DNA of 32,000 nt from Candidatus Electronema halotolerans (GTDB lineage: Bacteria; Desulfobacterota; Desulfobulbia; Desulfobulbales; Desulfobulbaceae), in assembly GCA_942493095.1 (NCBI GenBank), contig OW818675.1:2820001-2852000 (forward strand). The letters run 5' to 3'. The position numbers were made by a program, and so were the translations under genes. The notes under the pieces were generated by a model, which made no database searches, was not told the origin of the DNA, and was given only the letters and a program-made list of their open reading frames with translations. This document shows positions 8,202-14,134 of this stretch, piece after piece (position 1 is the first letter of the stretch; the number at the start of each line of letters is the position of its first letter).

Positions 8202-8364
8202 CGTTCCTCCGCAGCAGCTTGGCAATGGCGTTGATCAGCTCGGCTATCTTGTCCGCATTGAAAGCTGCGCTCATAAAAAGCAGCAGTCCGGCCAGCAGCG
8301 TCAGACGGGCAAAGGTCAAATGCTGAAGAAGATCAGCGGCAAATTGAATAAGCTCGGTTTCCAC
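8194..8364 (-). CDS. 56-aa single-TM mini-protein, translationally coupled to the NACHT gene
   Basis: GTG at 8364 lies 7 nt after AAAGGAGG. The product is METELIQFAADLLQHLTFARLTLLAGLLLFMSAAFNADKIAELINAIAKLLRRNDA, with one hydrophobic helix. Its TGA overlaps the NACHT ATG within ATGCTTGA (8194-8201). Confidence 0.55.
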   Translation of the reverse strand: METELIQFAADLLQHLTFARLTLLAGLLLFMSAAFNADKIAELINAIAKLLRRNDA

Positions 8365-8418
8365 GGCGCGCCCTCCTTTGGCGGAATGTGATCGGCAGAA
8401 CTGCCTGCTTATACTGCA

Positions 8419-8447
8419 AGCATAGCCGCTCCGCCGGTGGAAGGCAA
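8419..8447 (-). promoter_or_regulatory. Candidate sigma-70 promoter for the mini-protein/NACHT operon
   Basis: Read on the minus strand: TTGCCT (8442-8447), a 17-nt spacer, then TATGCT (8419-8424), about 55 nt upstream of the GTG start. Confidence 0.35.
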
Positions 8448-8453
8448 GTAGAA

Positions 8454-8471
8454 TTTTCACGAACGTGAAAA
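8454..8471. promoter_or_regulatory. Palindrome TTTTCACG-AA-CGTGAAAA, a possible operator or weak terminator hairpin
   Basis: Two 8-bp perfect inverted arms with a 2-nt spacer. It sits between the stop of the upstream beta-propeller gene (8496) and the candidate -35 element. Confidence 0.35.
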
Positions 8472-8495
8472 ATGTGAATTACAGAACGATTCGTC

Positions 8496-9401
8496 TCAAT
8501 ACGGCAGCATCACCACCTTGTTCTGCTTGAACAGCGGCACCAGCAAAAGATGACGTTTGGTGTCAAGGCCAAGATCAGCAGGTGACTCCAAATCATCAGC
8601 CAGCACCTTGAAATTGCCGTCTTTGTCCAGCGCATAGAGCGCGGCACCTGCCCAGCTGGAAACAACAAAGCGGCCATCGTCCAGCTTGATCAAACCATCC
8701 AGACTGCCTTTGGGCGGTGTCGGCATGGCGGTCCGCTTCCCGGCAGCATCAATGCTGAACAGCTTGCCTGTGCCAAAGGTGTTCACGACAAGGCGGCCAT
8801 TGTCAGCCCATATCCCGTTCGGATGCCCCATTGCCGCATCTTTGACAATGACCTTCTGCCTGCCGTCCGCCCAAACCTGATACACAGCATCTGCGCCGGA
8901 CGGACTCATGTCAGCCGTCAGACCGCTGTCCGTCACATAGACCGAGCCGTCCGGCCCTGGCGCGACCCCATTGAGAAAGGTGCTGCCATCAATGGTGACG
9001 GATTGCTTCTGCCTGCCGCTCGGCAGCTCGAAAACCTGCACCTGATTGAGATCAGCAACAAAGAGATTGCCGCCTGTCACTGCTGAACCCTTGGGCGCAT
9101 TCAGGGTCACGCCCTCTTTGCTGCCGTCAATCCATTTGAGGTCAGCAACCGTGCCATCAGGTTTGAGCTTGGAAATAAAGCCATTGCCGTCGGCTGCGCC
9201 GGAGCTGCCGTTGATATTGCTGACCAAATAGACATCTTCAGCAGGGTAATATTCCACGGATTCCGGGGTGGCAAAACCAACCTCGCCGACAATGATGCGC
9301 GGCTCAAGTTGGGCGGCAAACGCGCCTGCGGCCCAGAACATGGCGGCAAAAACAGCGGCAAAACTTTGCCTTGCGCCTTTACTCATGCTGTTCATGATCA
9401 T
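8496..9401 (-). CDS. Secreted beta-propeller protein, SMP-30/gluconolactonase/LRE-like or NHL-like
   Basis: Signal peptide (SFAAVFAAMFWAAGAFAAQ). Repeated blade-like segments (GNLFVADLNQVQVF, GSVYVTDSG, GRLVVNTFGTGKLFS, GRFVVSSWAGAALYAL). Confidence 0.6.
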   Translation of the reverse strand: MIMNSMSKGARQSFAAVFAAMFWAAGAFAAQLEPRIIVGEVGFATPESVEYYPAEDVYLVSNINGSSGAADGNGFISKLKPDGTVADLKWIDGSKEGVTLNAPKGSAVTGGNLFVADLNQVQVFELPSGRQKQSVTIDGSTFLNGVAPGPDGSVYVTDSGLTADMSPSGADAVYQVWADGRQKVIVKDAAMGHPNGIWADNGRLVVNTFGTGKLFSIDAAGKRTAMPTPPKGSLDGLIKLDDGRFVVSSWAGAALYALDKDGNFKVLADDLESPADLGLDTKRHLLLVPLFKQNKVVMLPY

Positions 9402-9561
9402 CTCCTCCTGCTATTTTTTGCGAAACGTTTTTCTCTCTGTTTTCCCGCTCCATGAACTGAATCATGCAGGATTTTCTGTGCTGGCAGTAATCGCCCGGAT
9501 GCCTGCACGCCGCTGTGGCGGCATCCATTTTTTCGCCATATTTAGCGCATTCCAGTTCCAT
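9379..9561 (-). CDS. Candidate 60-aa Cys-rich mini-protein (C-x13-C-x6-C-x5-C)
   Basis: MELECAKYGEKMDAATAACRHPGDYCQHRKSCMIQFMERENREK... lies inside the longer track ORF 9379..9717. It is on the same strand as the propeller gene and its end overlaps that gene's start. The RBS is weak (AAGGG close to the ATG). Confidence 0.35.
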   Translation of the reverse strand: MELECAKYGEKMDAATAACRHPGDYCQHRKSCMIQFMERENREKNVSQKIAGGDDHEQHE

Positions 9562-9657
9562 GCCCTTGTTCCATGCAAAGTGATTCCAAAGCCAAGACAG
9601 GCCGCCTGCCGTAGGGGCATCCCCCCGTGGATGCCCGTGCAACGTGCCACAATGACG

Positions 9658-9688
9658 AAAAAAAACGGACGGCCACAGGGGGCCGCCC
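9658..9688 (-). terminator. Rho-independent terminator of the DUF3096-like gene
   Basis: The minus-strand RNA reads GGGCGGCC-CCCUGU-GGCCGUCC (8-bp stem with one G.U) followed by eight U residues, immediately after the stop at 9692. Confidence 0.7.
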
Positions 9689-9691
9689 TTA

Positions 9692-9841
9692 CTATATTTT
9701 GATTCCGAGAATGCCAATCACCCCAATCACGATCAGATAAATCGCGACAATGTAATTCAGCAGCCTGGGCATGACGAGAATGGTAATTCCAGCAATAATG
9801 GCAAGCAGATATTGGACAGCAAAATTCAGATGAATCGTCAT
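9692..9841 (-). CDS. DUF3096-like small membrane protein (49 aa, below the track cutoff)
   Basis: ATG at 9841 follows GAAGGAGGGAAGGCC. The product is MTIHLNFAVQYLLAIIAGITILVMPRLLNYIVAIYLIVIGVIGILGIKI. The PRLLNYIVAIYLI..G motif matches my recollection of DUF3096. A terminator follows. Confidence 0.7.
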   Translation of the reverse strand: MTIHLNFAVQYLLAIIAGITILVMPRLLNYIVAIYLIVIGVIGILGIKI

Positions 9842-9925
9842 GGCCTTCCCTCCTTCAGGGATGTTTTATTGCAGAGCAGGCAGCTTGTCCGCCCGCCTTG
9901 AGCAACGTTATTTTTTGCAGCAATA

Positions 9926-10108
9926 TTAGGAAGAATGCGCTTTCCTGTCTCCTGTCTGCGGACCTTCTTCATCACGCCATTGGAACTTGGCCTGTTTACT
10001 CTCTTCCAATTCCTTCAAGATATGAAAGCCCTGTTCCAAAATGGCCGCCTTTTCCCGCATCCCGACGCAGGGTTCTGCTTCCTTTGTGTCAGCCGATTTC
10101 CTCCACAT
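9926..10108 (-). CDS. Hypothetical 60-aa charged protein
   Basis: ATG at 10108 lies 5 nt after AAAAGGAGGAG, a very strong RBS. The product is MWRKSADTKEAEPCVGMREKAAILEQGFHILKELEESKQAKFQWRDEEGPQTGDRKAHSS. I recognise no family. Confidence 0.4.
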   Translation of the reverse strand: MWRKSADTKEAEPCVGMREKAAILEQGFHILKELEESKQAKFQWRDEEGPQTGDRKAHSS

Positions 10109-10260
10109 TTTTCTCCTCCTTTTTATCGTGTCAGAGCACAACGATACACCTCCTGCCACGAGAAAGCAATGCTATCTGCGGTCAGCAGGCTTGCCAGCCC
10201 GCAAATATTTTTTTATATAGAGCGGGCAAGCAACGAGATCAACCTGCACTGAGGAAAGCC

Positions 10261-10695
10261 ATGCGTCCTGTCGCGCTGACCGACACTGTCACCATCACCT
10301 ATGCTGCCGCCTTGGAGAGCGGCGAGCTGATCGAGCAGACTGACGAGCCAGTCACCTTGGCCATTGGCAGCAGCACAGTCTGCCCGGCAGTGGAAGCCTG
10401 CCTTTTTGGCATGGAGCCAGGCCAGAGCAGAGTGATCCGGGTTCAGCCGGAAGATGCCTATGGCCTGCATCAGTCGGAATTGGTGCAGGGGATTCCTTTG
10501 GCTGCCTTCCAAGGCCGCTTTGCGCCGCAGCCGGGCATGATTCTCTCCTTGAATGTGGAGCGGGACGGGCAGAACTGCCCGGTTCCGGCCACAGTCACAG
10601 CCGTGAACAATGACACGGTCACAGTTGATTACAACCACCCGCTCGCTGGCAAGGTGATTGTTTACACGGTCAATTTGATCAGCATTGCTGATTAG
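10261..10695 (+). CDS. FKBP-type peptidyl-prolyl cis-trans isomerase (SlyD/SlpA-like, no His-rich tail)
   Basis: ATG at 10261 follows GAGGAAAG. The 144-aa product has VTITYAAALESGELIEQTDEPVTLAIGSS..., an insert-in-flap region and a C-terminal VTVDYNHPLAGKVIVYTVNLISI, typical of SlyD-type FKBPs. Confidence 0.8.
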   Translation: MRPVALTDTVTITYAAALESGELIEQTDEPVTLAIGSSTVCPAVEACLFGMEPGQSRVIRVQPEDAYGLHQSELVQGIPLAAFQGRFAPQPGMILSLNVERDGQNCPVPATVTAVNNDTVTVDYNHPLAGKVIVYTVNLISIAD

Positions 10696-10907
10696 CTTCG
10701 GGCCGGAAACTCGGCCTCCTGTTCCTCGGCAAAATAGCAGAATCTGTCCCAAGCAAATTCCCGCCCTGAAACCGGGCAGCGGAGGGTCACTTTCCGCTCG
10801 TCAACAGCGATGACTAACCAGTCGCCCCGGCGGGGGCCGTCCTCAATGTGAATCTTCTGGCCTGTTGCCAAGGGATAAGGGCGGAAGAACACCACTTTTT
10901 CAGTCAT
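10692..10907 (-). CDS. Hypothetical 71-aa protein
   Basis: ATG at 10907 lies 6 nt after AAAGGAGAA. The product is MTEKVVFFRPYPLATGQKIHIEDGPRRGDWLVIAVDERKVTLRCPVSGREFAWDRFCYFAEEQEAEFPARS. The rest of track ORF 10692..11324 is antisense to mazG. Confidence 0.5.
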   Translation of the reverse strand: MTEKVVFFRPYPLATGQKIHIEDGPRRGDWLVIAVDERKVTLRCPVSGREFAWDRFCYFAEEQEAEFPARS

Positions 10908-10931
10908 ATCGAATTCTCCTTTCATGGAATC

Positions 10932-11399
10932 ATGCCTGTGCAAGCCTTTCAACGACTGGAAGAAATTGTCCGCATTCTTCGTTCCGAGCGCGGCTGTCCG
11001 TGGGATCAAAAACAAACCGCAGCCAGTTTGAAGAAATACCTGCTCGAAGAAGCGGCAGAGCTGGCCGAGGCCATTGATCAGGGCGATCCGGCCTTGATCT
11101 GCGAGGAGGCAGGCGACCTCCACTTTGTTCTGGCTCTGCTGCTGGCCATCTGCGAGGAGCAGGGCGGCTGCTCGGCTGCTGCGGCTCTCAATGCCGCCTG
11201 CGAAAAGATGCGCCGCCGTCATCCCCATGTTTTTGCTGCTGACCAAGAAACAACCCTTTCCGAGGCCCAGCTCCGGGAGCAATGGGAGCGGATCAAGCAG
11301 GAAGAAAAAAAGGCAAAAGCGCAATCGCTCTCAGTAACGGAATTGAACCGTCCGCCAGTCAGTTTCAAAATTCCAGAGGGAAAAGAAGGGAATGATTGA
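10932..11399 (+). CDS. mazG: MazG-family nucleoside triphosphate pyrophosphohydrolase (short form)
   Basis: FQRLEEIVRILRSERGCPWDQKQT...LLEEAAELAEAI...EEAGDLHFVL...KMRRRHPHVF is the canonical MazG core. The 3' end overlaps the convergent DUF4390 gene by 69 nt. Confidence 0.85.
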   Translation: MPVQAFQRLEEIVRILRSERGCPWDQKQTAASLKKYLLEEAAELAEAIDQGDPALICEEAGDLHFVLALLLAICEEQGGCSAAAALNAACEKMRRRHPHVFAADQETTLSEAQLREQWERIKQEEKKAKAQSLSVTELNRPPVSFKIPEGKEGND

Positions 11400-11927
11400 G
11401 TGAATGCTCAAGGGCAGGGTGTTTTCCTCCAGCGTGGTTTTGAGGTGCAGAGCGTATTTCTGCCCGCTCACCAGCTTGTTCAGCGGAGCCAGCCTGATTT
11501 CATGCAGTTCCGCCATCATTTTTTCCGCCTCTGCTAAGGAGCGGGTCGTTTCAGGCTGTTGTTTCTCTGAAAAAGCCACTTGATATTCCTGCTTGATCGG
11601 ATCGTAGCTCAGGGTGTGGTTGACAACCTGCTTGACAACCCGCTCGTTGAACCAGTAGCTCCGCACCCGGCGCAGGTCAAGATAGAAGCGGAAGGTGACA
11701 GGAATGGCGTTATGCACGCCTTCCAGCATGTCCTTGGTGAAGCAGTCCTGCACCGCTGCCGAGAGCAGCAGGCTTTCTTTGTCAATGGCAAGATGAATGT
11801 CCGTGATAGCTGGCTCTGCTGCTCCGCCCCCTGCCCATGCCGAGCAGGAGCAGAGCAGCAGGAGCAGGACAAGACCTGTCCGCTCAAATCGCCGGACAGC
11901 GATTGGGAAAAAAAATTGAAGGCGCAT
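11331..11927 (-). CDS. DUF4390-like exported protein
   Basis: Signal or lipoprotein-like N-terminus (LVLLLLLCSCSAWAGG). The segments IPVTFRFYLDLRRVRSYWFNERV and the C-terminal WNFETDW resemble DUF4390. Confidence 0.6.
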   Translation of the reverse strand: MRLQFFFPIAVRRFERTGLVLLLLLCSCSAWAGGGAAEPAITDIHLAIDKESLLLSAAVQDCFTKDMLEGVHNAIPVTFRFYLDLRRVRSYWFNERVVKQVVNHTLSYDPIKQEYQVAFSEKQQPETTRSLAEAEKMMAELHEIRLAPLNKLVSGQKYALHLKTTLEENTLPLSIHSIIPFFSLWNFETDWRTVQFRY

Positions 11928-12073
11928 GAATGGGATACAGAAGATGCGGCACCAAAGGCGCAGTCGTTCAGGCGCGCCCTTGCCAGCGTTTCAGACAATG
12001 AGTCTGCAAAAGTACACCATTCAACAGCCTTTGTCCATGCGCCGGGTTATTTTTCCCGCCAGGCACTTCTCCC

Positions 12074-12103
12074 TTGACAGCAGGCAGGGAAAAGAAATAT
12101 ATA
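12074..12103 (+). promoter_or_regulatory. Candidate sigma-70 promoter for the NifX-like/DUF134 pair
   Basis: TTGACA (12074-12079), an 18-nt spacer, then TATATA (12098-12103), about 90 nt upstream of the ATG at 12193. Confidence 0.5.
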
Positions 12104-12192
12104 TGTGCATATGTTTAAAAACAGCACGGCCTGCCTCTGCCGTTGCGCGCAGACACGGTTGCAAAAAAATCCCTCAACAGGAGAGAACAGAT

Positions 12193-12585
12193 ATGAGCAG
12201 AACACTGACCCTTGCCATCCCCTCTGACAATCCAGGCGGCCTGACCGCTGGCATTTCAGCCCATTTTGGTCATTGCGACATGTTCACCCTGGTCAACATT
12301 CAGGATGATCAGATCGCCTCAGTGAACACCGTCAACAACGTGGAGCACAGCTCAGGCGGCTGCATGGGGCCGGTCAACCTGCTGCGCGAGCAGGGTGTGC
12401 AGGCGATTGTGGTGGGCGGCATTGGCGCACGGCCCATGCAGTTTTTCGCGGAAGCAGGCATTGAGGTCTATTATGCGGACCGGAGTGCCCTGCAAAATGT
12501 GGGCGAGGCGGCCAACGGCCTGATTGCGGGCAAATTTCCCATCATGCGGCCTGACCAGACCTGCCAAGGTGATCACAGCCACTGA
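12193..12585 (+). CDS. NifB/NifX-family (dinitrogenase FeMo-cofactor-binding domain) small protein
   Basis: ATG at 12193 follows CAGGAGAG. The 130-aa product has SAHFGHCDMFTLV and AIVVGGIGARPMQFFAEAGIEVY, typical of stand-alone NifX/NafY-like proteins. Confidence 0.75.
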   Translation: MSRTLTLAIPSDNPGGLTAGISAHFGHCDMFTLVNIQDDQIASVNTVNNVEHSSGGCMGPVNLLREQGVQAIVVGGIGARPMQFFAEAGIEVYYADRSALQNVGEAANGLIAGKFPIMRPDQTCQGDHSH

Positions 12586-12663
12586 TTGATTGGCTCGGCG
12601 GCGCGGCTGGGAGGATCATCCAGTCCGCCGCCGTGATTTTTGCTTTTTCTGCTTTCATCTCTC

Positions 12664-12981
12664 ATGTCACCACGTCCCCGTAAAAAACGCTGCTGCGAAG
12701 GCGGCTTTCTCTCAGGTCAGGCCTTCAAGCCCAGCGGCATTCCCCTGCGGCAGTTGAAACAGATTCCGCTGCACCATGATGAGCTGGAGGCTCTGCGGCT
12801 TTGTGATCTGGAAGGGCTGTTTCAGGAGCAGGCCGGAGAAAAAATGGGCGTTTCCAGAGGCACGGTGCAGCGCTTGGTCAGTTCCGCCCGCCGGAAAATC
12901 GCTGAAGCCTTGGTCTCTGGCGCAGCCCTTGTCTTTGCCGAGGAAGGCGGCGAGCAGCAACAGGCCGAGCAAGGCGGTTGA
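12664..12981 (+). CDS. DUF134/UPF0251-family putative DNA-binding protein
   Basis: MSPRPRKKRCCEG...FKPSGIPL...LHHDELEALRLCDLEGLFQEQAGEKMGVSRGTVQRLVSSARRKIAEAL matches the DUF134 pattern with its sigma-70 region-4-like HTH. It sits directly after the NifX-like gene, which is a known pairing. Confidence 0.75.
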   Translation: MSPRPRKKRCCEGGFLSGQAFKPSGIPLRQLKQIPLHHDELEALRLCDLEGLFQEQAGEKMGVSRGTVQRLVSSARRKIAEALVSGAALVFAEEGGEQQQAEQGG

Positions 12982-12995
12982 GCAAAGTCCAAGCC

Positions 12996-14039
12996 TCAGC
13001 CTGCCGCCTCCACACTACCGGTCCGTCTGCTCAAGGGCGGCACCTGCTCTCCTGCCGCCACTGCGCAATGCCGCAGAACGCTGTTTGCGCCGATCACGGC
13101 TCCTGCGCCGACCGTGCAGTCATGCAGCACCGCTCCAGACGCAATCAGCACGCCAGCACCAATTTCGCACTGGCCGCTGATCTGCACGCCAGCCTGCAAG
13201 ACCGCATCCTGCCCAACCGTGCTTTCTGCTGCAACTAAGACTGTTTCCGGGGCATACATTGTCACGCCTGCCAGCATGAGCTGCCGGTTGCGGCGCAATT
13301 GCAGCTCTTGATGTGCTTGGGCCAGCTCCACCCGTGAATTCACGCCCAGCACGTCAAGAGCTGGCTTATGGACGAATTTTTCTGTCCGCCTGCCCTGCTG
13401 GACAGCAATGCTGACTATGTCGGTCAGATAGACCTCGCCTTGACTGTTGTCTGTGCCCACCTGCCGCAGAGCCTTGAAAAGGAAGTCGCGCTCGGCGATA
13501 TAAATGCCAGCATTGATTTCCCGGACAGCCTGCTCCGCCTCGTCCGCGTCCTTCTGCTCAACAATGCGCAGGACCTGCCCTTCCGCATTGCTGATGATTC
13601 TGCCGTAGCCAAAGGGATTGTCCAGCTCCGTGCTCATCAGGGTCAGGGCAGCCCCCTGCGCCAGATGCTGGGCAAGCATGGCCTGCAAGGTTTCCGGGCG
13701 GATCAGCGGCGTGTCGCCGCAGAGGATCATCACCTGTGCCGCCTGAGCGCAGGCCGCTTCCGCGCAGAGCACGGCATGACCGGTGCCAAGCTGCTCTTCC
13801 TGTATGACCGGGCTGATGCGGTACTCATGCAGCGAGGCCAGCACCGCTTCCTGCTGATGGCCGACAATCACGGCAGGCTGCTCAATGCCAGCAGCAGTGA
13901 CCGCATCCAGCACGTGGTGGAGCATGGGTTTGCAGAACAGCTCGTGCAGCACTTTGGCCTTGGCCGATTTCATGCGGGTGCCTTTGCCGGCAGCAAGAAT
14001 GACAGCGGAAATATTAGCAGTGTTCATCAATGGTTGCAT
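12996..14039 (-). CDS. glmU: GlmU-like N-acetylglucosamine-1-phosphate uridyltransferase with a short left-handed beta-helix C-terminus
   Basis: The N-terminus ISAVILAAGKGTRMKS.KAKVLH, the QEEQLGTGHAV motif and ILCGDTPLI are typical GlmU pyrophosphorylase motifs. The product is only 347 aa (343 if it starts at ATG 14027), whereas bifunctional GlmU is about 450 aa. Confidence 0.75.
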   Translation of the reverse strand: MQPLMNTANISAVILAAGKGTRMKSAKAKVLHELFCKPMLHHVLDAVTAAGIEQPAVIVGHQQEAVLASLHEYRISPVIQEEQLGTGHAVLCAEAACAQAAQVMILCGDTPLIRPETLQAMLAQHLAQGAALTLMSTELDNPFGYGRIISNAEGQVLRIVEQKDADEAEQAVREINAGIYIAERDFLFKALRQVGTDNSQGEVYLTDIVSIAVQQGRRTEKFVHKPALDVLGVNSRVELAQAHQELQLRRNRQLMLAGVTMYAPETVLVAAESTVGQDAVLQAGVQISGQCEIGAGVLIASGAVLHDCTVGAGAVIGANSVLRHCAVAAGEQVPPLSRRTGSVEAAG

Positions 14040-14134
14040 CTGTTGAAAGAGAATATTAGCGAGTTTTTTGATCAGCTGTGTGAATTCATCGATATTTTCC
14101 GAAAATTTCGGCGGTCAGCGGTCATCTTTTGCTT

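Noticed and set aside
7458-8234. 258-aa plus-strand ORF, plus nested ORFs 7528..7824 and 7831..8193
   Set aside because: They are antisense to the GC-rich 5' half of the NACHT gene. The sequences are Arg/Leu/Ala/Pro-rich with no recognisable domain.
9636-9654. Possible sigma-54 promoter (minus-strand TGGCACGTTGCACGGGC) upstream of the Cys-rich ORF
   Set aside because: TGGCAC is present, but the candidate GC elements lie 8 or 13 nt from the GG instead of the required ~11. It does not fit the -24/-12 spacing.
9898-10260. 121-codon N-terminal extension of the FKBP ORF (track start 9898)
   Set aside because: The extension is Ser/Pro/Leu-rich with no FKBP similarity. The FKBP domain begins at the ATG at 10261, which has its own RBS.
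10908-11324. Upstream 139 codons of the 210-aa minus ORF 10692..11324
   Set aside because: This part is antisense to mazG and has no RBS at 11324. Only the last 71 codons, behind a strong RBS at 10907, look like a gene.
11926-12192. 89-codon extension of the NifX-like ORF (track start 11926)
   Set aside because: It would run through the candidate promoter and overlap the DUF4390 gene start. The NifX-like domain starts at ATG 12193, which has a good RBS.
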